Assembly: GCA_965219955.1 (NCBI GenBank)
Contig: OZ244799.1
Location: 800,001 to 864,000, forward strand
DNA: 64,000 bases
Source of the DNA: a bacterium
Lineage (GTDB): Bacteria > UBA8248
Reading direction: 5' to 3'
Below are positions 37,841 to 48,188 of the stretch, in pieces (position 1 is the first letter of the stretch; every line of letters starts with the position of its first letter). The position numbers and the translations under genes were made by a program. A model generated the notes under the pieces. It saw only the letters and a program-made list of their open reading frames with translations, ran no database searches and was not told where the DNA came from.

Positions 37841-38665
37841 GTGATGGCTGATTTTTTTGATCGCGCCGTATCGTGGGTGGAAAAGGAAAACCACAGGTTC
37901 ATCGGGATATTGCGAGGCTTGAGCGAGCAGGAGTGGCGCGCACCCACCTTTTGTCCGGATTGGTGTGTGGCCGACGTGGTGGCGCACATGACGCTGGGCG
38001 CGCGTTTTTATGCGCACGTCATACCCGCAGGCGCCGCAGGGCGCCTGGACATGCCATTCGGCGCGGCGGATCTGGAATCGTTCTGGGCGTATCGTAAAAA
38101 AGTGGGGGACGAACTCGTCGCGCTCTCTGGCGATGAGCGGATAGACGCCTTCGCCGAAGCTGTATGGCGGCTGCAGGAAGTCTTCGAGGGGGTTCAGCCC
38201 GACGCTTTGGATAAAAAAGCCTGGCATTGGCTCGCACCGTGTCCGATACGCACGTTTCCCGGACAAAGGCTCTATGAACTGATCCTCCACGACTGGGACA
38301 TCCGAAATCAGCCCGATGGCGATTTGCATGCCTCGTCCCTGCCCGTGGCGGTGGATTGTCTCCCCGAACGATTCCCCATCTTCTTCGGTGCGCGGGGAGA
38401 TAAGGATTTCAGCGGAACGGTCTGCTTCGAGACGATGGAACCCGAGCGGAAATGGGCGCTGCGCATCGAAAAAAGCGAGTCCGAAATCTTGTTTGCCGAT
38501 GATGGGGTTTGCGACGCGCGCGTCATATGCGGCGGGAGCGACCTGGTTTTACTCACCACGGGTCGGGCTATGCTGGAGGAGAAGGAAGGAGGTGGTCGCC
38601 TGCGCATCGAGGGCGACAGGGCGATGGCTGTCAAGGTGCTCGAGGTACTGAGCCGTCCCTTTTAA
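37841..38665 (+). CDS. Maleylpyruvate isomerase (MDMPI/DinB-like) family protein with SCP2-like C-domain
   Basis: PTFCPDW.VADVVAH and ELILHDWDI motifs; C-terminal L.IEGD. Confidence 0.8.
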   Translation: MMADFFDRAVSWVEKENHRFIGILRGLSEQEWRAPTFCPDWCVADVVAHMTLGARFYAHVIPAGAAGRLDMPFGAADLESFWAYRKKVGDELVALSGDERIDAFAEAVWRLQEVFEGVQPDALDKKAWHWLAPCPIRTFPGQRLYELILHDWDIRNQPDGDLHASSLPVAVDCLPERFPIFFGARGDKDFSGTVCFETMEPERKWALRIEKSESEILFADDGVCDARVICGGSDLVLLTTGRAMLEEKEGGGRLRIEGDRAMAVKVLEVLSRPF

Positions 38666-38671
38666 CAACCG

Positions 38672-39955
38672 CTATGCTTCAGAGGTTCCTCGTGGCGTTT
38701 CATAGACGAACAGGCACAAGAAGATGCAGAACACCAGGCCGACCGCTATCCCGACGAAGGGGATCACGTAGCTTCCCGTGTAGTCGAAAATAAAACCCGC
38801 CAAAGGTGGGCCGATGAACCCCCCCAGCCCAAAGAAAATTTCGAGCAGTCCGATGGTGGCGCCGAACGAGGGGCCTTTGAACGCATCCGCGGACATGGAT
38901 GAGTAGCATACGCTCATTCCGCCGAGGCCCATACCGTAGACGAATATGAAGACCCATCCCATCAGAAATTTCAACGATATATGAGGGATGGAAAGCAAAA
39001 TAACGATTCCGCAAATTGTCATTAAAGACGAAAGCGCCTGGGCGCGCTGCCGACCGATGATATCGCTCAGCCAGCCCATCGAAAACGTGGCGAGCATCCG
39101 GATCGCGCCCAGCATCCCGAAGAAAAAAGCCGCCAGAGCCGTGCTGTATTCGGCATCGACCAGAAAAAGCTGGAGCTGGCTCAATATGGAGTTGTTGTTC
39201 AGCCCCATGAAGAAGACGACGATGAGGAGCGTCCAGAAGTTCTTTTTCCGGCAGACCTGCCGAAACACCTTGAGCAAGGAAGGGCTGGGCGATTTTTCGC
39301 TTGCTCCGGACGGTGAATGGGCGGGAGGCCCGGGTTCTCCGTCAAGGTATTGCCCCACTTCCTCGGGGCTTCTTCGAAGCAGCAATGCAGTCAGGGGGAC
39401 GACGATGAAAAGGATGGCCAGACCAAAAATCAAATAGGTCAGGCGCCAGCCCTGGGAGGAGATGAGCCTTTCGATAAGGGGGATGAATAGCAGGATTCCC
39501 GTCCCGCTGCCCGAGAGGGCCAACCCCGTGGCGAGTCCGCGCTTTTTCTGAAACCACCGAGGCATGAGGGCGCTGTGCATCGCAAAGCCGCTCAGCGCCA
39601 TTCCGATTCCCACGAACAGACAAGGAACCAGGTAGACGTGCCATAGGTCGCTGATGAAATAGGCCAGCGTGAAGCCTACGCCTACAAACACCGAACCCCA
39701 GGGCATGACCGCCCGCGCGCCTTTTTTGTCGAACAGGTTTCCCGCGATGGGGCTCAATAGCGCGTAGCTGCCCAGCATCAGAGCGTATGCCCCGCCCAGG
39801 GCGCCGCGCCCCCAGCCGAACTCCTGGATCAGCGGAACCTGAAAGATGGAAAAAGAAAAGCGCGCCATCTGATGAAACGCCATGGCGGTGAAGGACGTGC
39901 CGACGATTACCCAACCGTAATAAATCCAGGGGCGGGTGGCTTTTCCTCCTCCCAT
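38672..39955 (-). CDS. MFS transporter (OFA/MCT-like)
   Basis: YYGW, WF.KKRGLATG and GFIFD.TGSY motifs; many TM segments. Confidence 0.9.
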   Translation of the reverse strand: MGGGKATRPWIYYGWVIVGTSFTAMAFHQMARFSFSIFQVPLIQEFGWGRGALGGAYALMLGSYALLSPIAGNLFDKKGARAVMPWGSVFVGVGFTLAYFISDLWHVYLVPCLFVGIGMALSGFAMHSALMPRWFQKKRGLATGLALSGSGTGILLFIPLIERLISSQGWRLTYLIFGLAILFIVVPLTALLLRRSPEEVGQYLDGEPGPPAHSPSGASEKSPSPSLLKVFRQVCRKKNFWTLLIVVFFMGLNNNSILSQLQLFLVDAEYSTALAAFFFGMLGAIRMLATFSMGWLSDIIGRQRAQALSSLMTICGIVILLSIPHISLKFLMGWVFIFVYGMGLGGMSVCYSSMSADAFKGPSFGATIGLLEIFFGLGGFIGPPLAGFIFDYTGSYVIPFVGIAVGLVFCIFLCLFVYETPRGTSEA

Positions 39956-39961
39956 GGTGGT

Positions 39962-41263
39962 CTATTTCTCGGTGCTGTAGACGAACTGACAGACGAGGAG
40001 CGCAACCGCCTGGAAAATGATCACGATGCAGAAGGGCAGAACATAGCTTCCCGTGTAGTCGAACATGAAGCCCGCCATCGGGGGGCCGACGAATCCTCCG
40101 AGACCGAAAGCAATTTCCAGCAACCCCATGATAACGGCGAACGAGCGTCCGGCGTAGGCGTCCGCGCACATGGCCGCATAGCAGGCCGACATGCCGCCGA
40201 CGCCGAAGCCGTAGATGGCGGCGAACATGAACGCGAGAACGACGCCATTGCTGAAATGTGGGACGGAAAGCAAGACGAGGACACCGAGTCCCGACAGGAA
40301 GAGGGCGATGGCCTGAGCCATTTTGCGCGCGATCCGATCGCTTGCCCAACCAAGAACTATGCTGCCCAGGATTCGGATGGCGCCGGTAAGCCCGAAAACG
40401 AAAGCACCGAACGCGGTGCTGAAATTCGCATCGACGAAGAATATCTGGAGCTGGCTCCAGATAGAATTGTTGTTCAGGCCGATGACAAAAGCGATGATCA
40501 TCAATGCCCAGAAGTTTCTCTCCCGATTTGCCGACCGGAATACCTCTCCCACTCTTTGGGAGTTGGAGGCGGGTGGTTTTGGAAACCCGGCGGCTTCTTC
40601 GTCCGTTACGCCGTCGATATTCTGCCCGACGTCGGCGGGAGCGTTTCTGATCAGGAGCAGTTTGAGTGGAAGGATGATGAGGAGTATCGAAGCGCCGAAA
40701 ATCAGGTAGGCGTAACGCCAGCCGAAGACGGCGATGAGTCTCTCGATGGTGGGCATCAGGATGAAAGAGCCGATGCCGATGCCGGAAATGGCGATGCCCG
40801 CCGCCAGCCCACGGTTTCTGAAAAACCATCGCGGCATGAGCGCGTTGAGCGTTACGAACCCGCTCAATGCAAGCCCCACGCCGATCATGACGCCGATGAA
40901 TATATACGCGTGCCAGAGAGAAGAGATGAAAAAGCCCAGCATGAGCCCTGTCCCAATCGAGACGGAGCCCCAGGGGAGCAGGGCTCTCGGGCCTTTTCTC
41001 TCTAAAATAGATCCTGCCGCGGGGCTGCAGATTGCGTAGAGACTCATGCTCAAGGCGAATGCGCCGCCCAGGGCGCCTCTGCTCCAGCCGAATTCTTCAA
41101 TGAGTGGAACTTGAAACAGGGAAAAGGAAAAGGTGGCCGCCATGTGGAAGCCCATAGTGATGAACGATACGCCTACGATCACCCATCCATAATACAAGCC
41201 GCCTGTTCGCCCGCGGCTGGCGGAGTGGCCCGAAGCCGGAGTGGAACCACCGGATTTGCTCAA
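39962..41263 (-). CDS. MFS transporter (OFA/MCT-like), tandem paralog
   Basis: Same motif set as the neighbour (YYGW, FQVPLI.EFGW.RGALGGA, LNNNSI..QLQ). Confidence 0.9.
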   Translation of the reverse strand: MSKSGGSTPASGHSASRGRTGGLYYGWVIVGVSFITMGFHMAATFSFSLFQVPLIEEFGWSRGALGGAFALSMSLYAICSPAAGSILERKGPRALLPWGSVSIGTGLMLGFFISSLWHAYIFIGVMIGVGLALSGFVTLNALMPRWFFRNRGLAAGIAISGIGIGSFILMPTIERLIAVFGWRYAYLIFGASILLIILPLKLLLIRNAPADVGQNIDGVTDEEAAGFPKPPASNSQRVGEVFRSANRERNFWALMIIAFVIGLNNNSIWSQLQIFFVDANFSTAFGAFVFGLTGAIRILGSIVLGWASDRIARKMAQAIALFLSGLGVLVLLSVPHFSNGVVLAFMFAAIYGFGVGGMSACYAAMCADAYAGRSFAVIMGLLEIAFGLGGFVGPPMAGFMFDYTGSYVLPFCIVIIFQAVALLVCQFVYSTEK

Positions 41264-41363
41264 GAAGTCGCCTTTCTCTTCGTTTTTTTCCGAAGCGTGG
41301 GTATAATGTGGGCGTACTCTAAAGGGTTTTCACTCATTCAGAAAGCGTCGTGAGGGTTTTCAG

Positions 41364-42809
41364 GTGGACAGCGCTGGATTCATTCAAAAGCTGACGGATG
41401 CGGTGGGGGAGGAATTTATCCATACCGATCCGGTGGCGCTCAGGACGTATGATTGCGACGGCCTCACGATTTACAAGGGCATCCCCTCGGCCGTCGTTTT
41501 GCCGGAAACCACCGAAGAAGTCAGCCAAATCGTGGGAATCTGCCGCGAGTATCGCGTACCCCTGATTGCCAGAGGAGCGGGAACGGGCCTCTCCGGTGGC
41601 GCGACGCCCCTGCCGGGCGGTGTGCTCATCGTCTTCACGCGGATGAACAAGATTCTGGAACTCGACTACGTGAACCGCCTCGCGCGCGTGCAGCCGGGGG
41701 TAGTGAACCTCCACCTCTCCCACGAGACGCTGCCGCATGGCTTTCATTACGCGCCCGATCCTTCCAGCCAGGCGGCCTGCACCATCGGCGGCAACACGGC
41801 GGAAAATGCCGGCGGCGCGCATTGCCTGAAATACGGAATGACGACGAACCACATCCTGGAAATGACCGTCGTCTTGCCGACGGGTGAGGTGGTGCACCTG
41901 GGCGCGGACGGGGAGGATTCACCGGGTCTGGATCTGCGCGGTTTCTTCGTTGGTTCGGAGGGCACCTTTGCCGTCATCACGGAACTCATCGTGCGGCTCA
42001 CGCCGAATCCCGAGAGCGTGCGCACCATGCTCGCGTGTTTCGCCCAGGTGGGGGATGCCTGCCGGACGGTGAGCGACGTCATAGCGGCAGGCGCCGTGCC
42101 CGCCGCAATGGAGTTGATGGATCGCTACACCATCGAGGCGGTCGAGACTGTGGTTCAGGCGGGTTACCCCAAAGACGCCGAGGCCGTCTTGCTGATCGAA
42201 CTCGACGGCCTGCCGTCTTCCATTAAACCGCTCGAGACTCTCATTCGCGATATAAGCGAGAAGAACAATTGTTCCTCGTTCCGGATCGCGCAGACGGAAG
42301 AAGAGCGCGAGGGCCTTTGGATGGGCCGGAAAAAGGCGTTCGGAGCCTTCGGGGTAATCGCGCCTACCTACTACTGTCTCGACGGCACGGTTCCCCGCTC
42401 GAAGCTGGCGCAGGTGCTCGAGGAGTTCGACGAGATATCCGCCCGCTATAATTTGCGCATCACCAACGTGTTTCATGCCGGAGACGGGAGCCTGCATCCC
42501 AACGTCTTGTTCGACGATCGAGTGCCCGGAGAAACGGAGCGGGCAATTGAATGCGGCTCGGAGGTGCTTCGCGCTTGCATCCGGGCCGGGGGCGTTCTTT
42601 CCGGCGAGCACGGCATCGGCATCGAGAAGATCAGAGAGATGAAGGACCAGTTCGACGAACCCACGCTCGAGATCATGGAGCGCGTGCGTGACGCCATCGA
42701 CGAAGATGGCTTGATGAACCCCGGCAAACTCATACCCGATGAGGAAAACGTGTTCCCCGTCGCTCTCGGCGGCGCCGTCGCCCGGATGGGCGGGGGAATG
42801 ACGAAGTAG
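41364..42809 (+). CDS. glcD: Glycolate oxidase FAD-linked subunit
   Basis: RGAGTGLSGG, PDPSSQ.ACTIGGN, HCLKYG, HAGDG.LHP and GEHGIG motifs. Confidence 0.9.
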   Translation: MDSAGFIQKLTDAVGEEFIHTDPVALRTYDCDGLTIYKGIPSAVVLPETTEEVSQIVGICREYRVPLIARGAGTGLSGGATPLPGGVLIVFTRMNKILELDYVNRLARVQPGVVNLHLSHETLPHGFHYAPDPSSQAACTIGGNTAENAGGAHCLKYGMTTNHILEMTVVLPTGEVVHLGADGEDSPGLDLRGFFVGSEGTFAVITELIVRLTPNPESVRTMLACFAQVGDACRTVSDVIAAGAVPAAMELMDRYTIEAVETVVQAGYPKDAEAVLLIELDGLPSSIKPLETLIRDISEKNNCSSFRIAQTEEEREGLWMGRKKAFGAFGVIAPTYYCLDGTVPRSKLAQVLEEFDEISARYNLRITNVFHAGDGSLHPNVLFDDRVPGETERAIECGSEVLRACIRAGGVLSGEHGIGIEKIREMKDQFDEPTLEIMERVRDAIDEDGLMNPGKLIPDEENVFPVALGGAVARMGGGMTK

Positions 42810-42816
42810 GAAAGCC

Positions 42817-44196
42817 ATGGCCCTCAAACTCGATTCTTTCGCCCAATCCATAGAAACAGATTTTGGCGATTCCGTTCTGTGGTCGGATGAGAGGGCGGAG
42901 TCTTTCAGGCTGGGGGGTAAAGCGCCCTCGGTCGTGGTGAGCCCCGCCGACCACGAAACCTTATGCCGCGTACTCTCGCGCGCGAATGAAGCGGGTCTGG
43001 CCGTATTCCCCTGGGGGGGAGGCACAGGCAGCGGGACGGGATATGTGCCCGAGAGGTACGACGTGGTGCTCTCTCTGGAGCGTATGTCGAAGGCGGTGGA
43101 GTTTTTGAAAGACGATCTCACCGCCGTCGTCGAGGCGGGAATGAGCGTCGAGGACCTCGATAGGTTGACGGGCGCCGAGGGCCAGACGGCGGGTCTCGAC
43201 CCCCCGCATCCAGGAACCTCCACGGTGGGGGGAACCATCATCGCGGATCGTTCAGGCCCCATGCGGGTGCGCTGGGGCAAGGCGCGCGACCGCGTGATGC
43301 GCATGAAGGTGGCGCTGGCCGATGGCGCGACTCACACCTATGGCGCGCTGGTGGTGAAAAACGTCACCGGCTACGACATGAACCGCCTCCTGTCGGGAAG
43401 CTGGGGGACGTTGGCCGTCGTTACCGAGTTGGCGATTCGTCTCTACAAGGCTCCCGAGCACATTGGAGCGAGAGCGGCTTCTTTTCCATCCACAGACGCA
43501 GCGTTCAAAGCGGCCAGGGCGCTGATGGCCTCGCCCCTCATGCCCATTTGGGCGGAAGTGCTGGACGATGCGCGCATCGCCTCGCCGGCATCGGGCGGCG
43601 ACATCGCCTTGCCCGGCCCCGTCAGCCTGGTGGCTTCTTTCGGGGATTTTGAGGAAGGGCTGAAAGATCAACTGGCCCGCTTCGAGGAAATCCTCGCGAA
43701 AGAGGGCGGAGACAATATCTTGCGCCTCGACGATGAGACAACTTCGCGCCTGGGCCGCACCCTGGCCGATCCGCCAGGAGGAGATTTCTCCGGTCCCGAA
43801 GTGCTCACTCTCAGAGCCGCGGGCCGTCTCGATCAGTTGCCCCGTTTCGCTGAGGCGGCGAGGCGCGCCGCCGAATCGGGGAAATACTGTTTCGCCATTT
43901 CAGCGCACGCGGGAAGCGGCGTTTTGCGTTGCTGGCTCGCGCCGGAGGATGAAGAATGCTCACCACTCGAGGCGTGGCGCGTTTTCAATTCTCTTTGCAG
44001 GGAAGGCAGGGATGAATCGCAAGCCCGCTCTGTTCACCTGCGCCTAGATTCCGGGCCGCACTCGCTCAAAGAGCAGATTTCCGTATGGGGTGAAGACGTG
44101 CTCGAACCCGGGGCGCTCCAGGTGATGCGCAACATCAAGAAAACCTATGACCCCAAAGGGATTTTGAGTCCCGGCCGCTTCGTGGACCGGATGTAG
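42817..44196 (+). CDS. glcE: Glycolate oxidase FAD-binding subunit
   Basis: TVGG, VVKNVTGYD, GSWGTL and DP.GILSPGR motifs; lies between glcD and glcF. Confidence 0.85.
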   Translation: MALKLDSFAQSIETDFGDSVLWSDERAESFRLGGKAPSVVVSPADHETLCRVLSRANEAGLAVFPWGGGTGSGTGYVPERYDVVLSLERMSKAVEFLKDDLTAVVEAGMSVEDLDRLTGAEGQTAGLDPPHPGTSTVGGTIIADRSGPMRVRWGKARDRVMRMKVALADGATHTYGALVVKNVTGYDMNRLLSGSWGTLAVVTELAIRLYKAPEHIGARAASFPSTDAAFKAARALMASPLMPIWAEVLDDARIASPASGGDIALPGPVSLVASFGDFEEGLKDQLARFEEILAKEGGDNILRLDDETTSRLGRTLADPPGGDFSGPEVLTLRAAGRLDQLPRFAEAARRAAESGKYCFAISAHAGSGVLRCWLAPEDEECSPLEAWRVFNSLCREGRDESQARSVHLRLDSGPHSLKEQISVWGEDVLEPGALQVMRNIKKTYDPKGILSPGRFVDRM

Positions 44197-44210
44197 GAGG
44201 AAAGCCCTAA

Positions 44211-45566
44211 GTGGCCACGGATCAAAAAGCAGGTTTCGCGCAGGTTTTTCCCGAATACGAAAACCCCTTCGTCGGCCCGGACGCTCCCGACAGGGAGATG
44301 ATTCAGCGTTGTATCCATTGCGGGTTCTGCGGCACGAGTTGCCCCACCTTCACGCTGCTCGGCAACGAGATGGACTCCCCGCGCGGGAGAATCTATCTCA
44401 TGCGCATGGTGACGGACGGCGAGATGGCCCCGAACGAGACGGTGATGAAACACCTCGATCGCTGCCTGGACTGCCGCGCCTGCGAGACGGCGTGCCCATC
44501 GGGCGTACCCTATGGCTCCTTGATCGAGGCGGCGCGCGAAGGACTCGAAAAAGTGCGAAAACGTCCCCTATCGGTTCGGATTTTGAGGAGAATCCTCTTC
44601 CGCTGGCTGTTGCCGAACAGGGTGTTGCTCAACCTGGCGGGCGTAGCCACCCGGCTGTACCAGACCACGTTTTTGAAAAGCATGGTGAGGGGCCTGGGTC
44701 TTTTGCCCAAAAAGCTGGCCGAACTCGAACCCATGATGCCCGAAGCCCCGCCCGTATCCTCGATGAGGGCTCTTCCTGCGGAAGTAGCGGCCATTGGCGA
44801 GGAAAAATACCGCGTCGCCTTCTTCGGCGGCTGCATTCAATCCACCCTGTTCGGCGACGTGAACAGGGCCGCCATACGCGCGTTGGCGGCGAACGGGGTG
44901 CGCGTCGTGTTTCCCGCCTCGCAGACCTGCTGCGGCGCGTTGCAGGCCCATGCCGGAGACAGGGAGGCGGCGAGAATCCTCGCGCGCGAGAACATAGACG
45001 CCATCGACGCGGGCGGGTTCGACGCCGTCGTCCTGGCCGTCTCCGGTTGCGGGGCGATGCTGCATGAATATAAGGATTTGCTCGCGGAGGATCCCGTCTA
45101 CGCGAGCCGGGCCGAGGCGTTCAGTGAGAAGGCGATGGACGTCACCGTGTTTCTCTCCAGAATCGGGGTCCGGGAAGCTGCGCACCCCGAGCCCCGGAAA
45201 ATCGCGTATCACCATCCCTGCCATCTTTTCCACGCGCTCAAGGTCCGCAAGGAGCCGCTCGAGGTTCTTTCCGCTATCCGCAACGTCGAGTCGGTGCCTC
45301 TCAAGGAGAGCGATTGGTGCTGCGGCTCCGCCGGCAGCTACAACCTCACGCAGACGGAGATTTCCATGCAGCTTCTCGACAGGAAAATGGGGCACGTGAA
45401 GGACTCCGAAGCGCCCGTAGTCTGCACGGGCAATCCTGGTTGTCAGATTCAAATCGCGTTCGGCGCTCGCGAGCGGGGCATGGACCTTCGGGTGGTGCAT
45501 CCCGTCGTCCTGCTCGACGAGGCGTATGAGGCGGAAGGCGTGTACCGGAACGCGACCCTTCCATAA
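44211..45566 (+). CDS. glcF: Glycolate oxidase Fe-S subunit
   Basis: CIHCGFC...CPT, SPRGR, CLDCRACETACPSG and two CCG domains. Confidence 0.9.
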   Translation: MATDQKAGFAQVFPEYENPFVGPDAPDREMIQRCIHCGFCGTSCPTFTLLGNEMDSPRGRIYLMRMVTDGEMAPNETVMKHLDRCLDCRACETACPSGVPYGSLIEAAREGLEKVRKRPLSVRILRRILFRWLLPNRVLLNLAGVATRLYQTTFLKSMVRGLGLLPKKLAELEPMMPEAPPVSSMRALPAEVAAIGEEKYRVAFFGGCIQSTLFGDVNRAAIRALAANGVRVVFPASQTCCGALQAHAGDREAARILARENIDAIDAGGFDAVVLAVSGCGAMLHEYKDLLAEDPVYASRAEAFSEKAMDVTVFLSRIGVREAAHPEPRKIAYHHPCHLFHALKVRKEPLEVLSAIRNVESVPLKESDWCCGSAGSYNLTQTEISMQLLDRKMGHVKDSEAPVVCTGNPGCQIQIAFGARERGMDLRVVHPVVLLDEAYEAEGVYRNATLP

Positions 45567-45591
45567 CCTGATACCGGCGAGGTGCTTGAAG

Positions 45592-46539
45592 ATGACCACA
45601 CATACTTCCAGAGCCGTACCCACCACTATCGTCCGTTTTGCGGAAATCATGCCCGATTGGGATTCATCGCCCGACGCCCGGGAAGAGGGGCGCCACCGGG
45701 CCGTTTATCGCTATATCGGGGGCCCTCGCGACAAGGAGCCCAAAGCGGCTCTCCCCGGCTGGGAGTTCGCCAACGGGATCGTGATGGCGCCTCCCGGAAA
45801 CGGCGCCCCGATGCACAGCCACGGGTTCGAGGAGGTTTTCATGGTGTGGCATGGCGGGTTCGAAGTTTCGTGGGTCGATCCGCGCGATGGAGAGATAAAA
45901 AACGTCGAACTCGGGCTTTACGACGCCATCCGGATGCCGCCGGGCGTCATGCGCAGTTACAGGAACTCGGGCGATGAGGATGGGTTTCTCTACTACATTC
46001 ACGGGCGAGGCGTGTACGAGCCGCCCGTGTTTCAGGGAGAAGGGGAGGGCGCGGCGAGCGAGAGTGCTTCTTTCGTCGATCCCTTTACCCAGGTGGTGCG
46101 TTATGATGACTGCCCCAAGAATTATCAGGTCTATCATGAAACCTCGCTACCGGAGGGCGTTCGGGGGATTCGCCGCTATATAGGACACGTGGGCGGTGAA
46201 CTCGAGGGCGTTGGTCCGCCTCCGTCTTTATCGGAAGGAGAGTTCTCCTTCGTCATCAACGAAAACCGGGTGGGTTCGGGCGCACCGCTGCACGATCACC
46301 CCGACCTGGAGGAGGCCTTCATTTCTCTCGAGAGCGACTGGACGGTGTTCTGGACCGATGAGAGGGGAGATTCGCATCAGGCAGTTCTCGGCCCATGGGA
46401 TATGTGCTGGGCGCCGGCGGGCGTGCAGCGCGGATTTCGCAATTCGGGCCGGGGGTGGGGCAAGCTCCACGTCATCCAGGGTCAAGGGGGCGCGCTGCCG
46501 CCCGCGTATGACCAGGATTATTCGCACCTGAAAAATTAA
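45592..46539 (+). CDS. Bicupin protein
   Basis: Two cupin repeats: GAPMHSH..EEVF and GAPLHDH...EEAF, each followed by P.GV.R..RNSG. Confidence 0.8.
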   Translation: MTTHTSRAVPTTIVRFAEIMPDWDSSPDAREEGRHRAVYRYIGGPRDKEPKAALPGWEFANGIVMAPPGNGAPMHSHGFEEVFMVWHGGFEVSWVDPRDGEIKNVELGLYDAIRMPPGVMRSYRNSGDEDGFLYYIHGRGVYEPPVFQGEGEGAASESASFVDPFTQVVRYDDCPKNYQVYHETSLPEGVRGIRRYIGHVGGELEGVGPPPSLSEGEFSFVINENRVGSGAPLHDHPDLEEAFISLESDWTVFWTDERGDSHQAVLGPWDMCWAPAGVQRGFRNSGRGWGKLHVIQGQGGALPPAYDQDYSHLKN

Positions 46540-46551
46540 GGGTATCTGGAT

Positions 46552-47565
46552 TTGAGCGCTGCCCCACGGAAGAATGTGACTCAGAAAGGAGTGGAGCGAA
46601 TCGATCACTACATCGATTCGCTCGACCCCGGCATCACTTTGCATCTGAGAGAAAAACGCCCCGAGGGCAAGAAGAAATTCGAGGATGCGGCCACGCTCCT
46701 CATGGTGCACGGGCGAATGGCGCCCGGCCCCGTGGCCTACGATCTCCCGGTTCCCGGCTATTCATGGATGGATTATATCGCTTCCCGCGGGTTCGACGTC
46801 TTCGCGCTCTCGATTCGGGGCTTTGGGGAATCGACCTGGCCGCAGGAGATGCGCGAAAGCCCCAGGGGAAAGCTTCCCGCGATACCCGGCAAGGTAGCCG
46901 TGAGGGACATCAGGGCGGCGGTTGATTATATCTGTGATCAGCGGGGAGTAAACAAGCTCAGCATCCTGGGCCGTTCCTGGGGGACGACGACGAGCCCGGC
47001 GTATGCCGCCGACAACATGAAGCAGGTGCATAAGCTCGTTCTTTATGCGCCTTATTACGCTTATGACGACCCCCGGCGTGCGAAGCAAATGGAAGACCCC
47101 CGAAAGCCCGGCGAATTCGACGAGAGGCGAGGCGCCTGGTCCTGGTGTACGGAAAAAGACGTGCACCATCGCTGGTGGGGCCATATTCCGGGGGATGCCC
47201 ATCATAAATGGCGAGAACCCAGGGTGCTCGAGACGTATTTTCAGGAACTGCTTCGCTACGATCCGGAAGGCGCCAGGCGCAAGACGCCCGCGTTCCGGCT
47301 GGCGAACGGCTCCCTGGCGGATCTGTACGACAGGGCGAGGAACATACCGCTTTATGACGCGAGCAAGATCACGTGTCCCGTTTTGCTCATCCGGGGTGAT
47401 CAGGACGGCGCCTCGGCCGACCCGGAAGCCTGGGGGCTTTACAAAGCGCTCCGCAACAGCCGGGGCAAGCGCTACGTCATCATCGACGACGGCACGCATT
47501 TCATGGAACTGGAAAAGCGCAGGATGGAGCTCTTGAGCGAGGTGCAGCTTTTCCTGGAAGGGTGA
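46552..47565 (+). CDS. Alpha/beta fold hydrolase
   Basis: VHG, RGFGES, nucleophile elbow GRSWG, RGDQD and GTHF motifs. Confidence 0.88.
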   Translation: MSAAPRKNVTQKGVERIDHYIDSLDPGITLHLREKRPEGKKKFEDAATLLMVHGRMAPGPVAYDLPVPGYSWMDYIASRGFDVFALSIRGFGESTWPQEMRESPRGKLPAIPGKVAVRDIRAAVDYICDQRGVNKLSILGRSWGTTTSPAYAADNMKQVHKLVLYAPYYAYDDPRRAKQMEDPRKPGEFDERRGAWSWCTEKDVHHRWWGHIPGDAHHKWREPRVLETYFQELLRYDPEGARRKTPAFRLANGSLADLYDRARNIPLYDASKITCPVLLIRGDQDGASADPEAWGLYKALRNSRGKRYVIIDDGTHFMELEKRRMELLSEVQLFLEG

Positions 47566-47675
47566 ATTCTCGCCTGCGTCGGCTCCGCTCTTGCGCTCTG
47601 GGAAGTGAACGACTAGATTAGGCACCTTCGAGAGAACGGGCAATTTCATATCGTTTCCAATTCAAAGGAGCATCC

Positions 47676-48128
47676 ATGTCAGCCATATCCGCACCCACGA
47701 AACAGCGCTGGTGTCTCATCGATTCGACGGCCATCGGCGTGGACAAGAAATACGAACCGCCCCTCATCATCGCGTGGGGCGTGGACAGCAATGCCACCGG
47801 CACTCAGACCATCACGATGGGGCGCACCATCATTCCCCCCAAGGGCCGCAACCAGAGGCACTACCACGTCTGCGATGCGACGTTCTACATCGTCAAGGGC
47901 CCGATTATCGTCTGGATGGGGGAGGACAGGGAAGAGCATACGGTGCCATCGGGTACGTTCGTCTATTGCGCGGCGGGCGAGATTCACGGTCTCTACAACC
48001 CGAGCGAAACCGAGGACGCCGAACTCGTCTTCACCTATGGCAATTGCCCCAACCGGGACGCAGCCAAAACCATCTATGTGGAAAACGAGTGGATGGAAGA
48101 GGACACCAGGGACAAGATTCCCGGCTAG
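47676..48128 (+). CDS. Cupin domain protein
   Basis: HYH...GEIHGLYN motif; RBS AAGGAG. Confidence 0.85.
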   Translation: MSAISAPTKQRWCLIDSTAIGVDKKYEPPLIIAWGVDSNATGTQTITMGRTIIPPKGRNQRHYHVCDATFYIVKGPIIVWMGEDREEHTVPSGTFVYCAAGEIHGLYNPSETEDAELVFTYGNCPNRDAAKTIYVENEWMEEDTRDKIPG

Positions 48129-48140
48129 GTCCCAAGCGCG

Positions 48141-48175
48141 AAAAAGAAAAGCCGGCCCACGTGGCCGGCTTTTTT
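48141..48175. terminator. Bidirectional intrinsic terminator
   Basis: AAAAGCCGGCC / GGCCGGCTTTT stem with A- and T-runs, between convergent genes. Confidence 0.85.
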
Positions 48176-48188
48176 CGTGGGTTGATTT

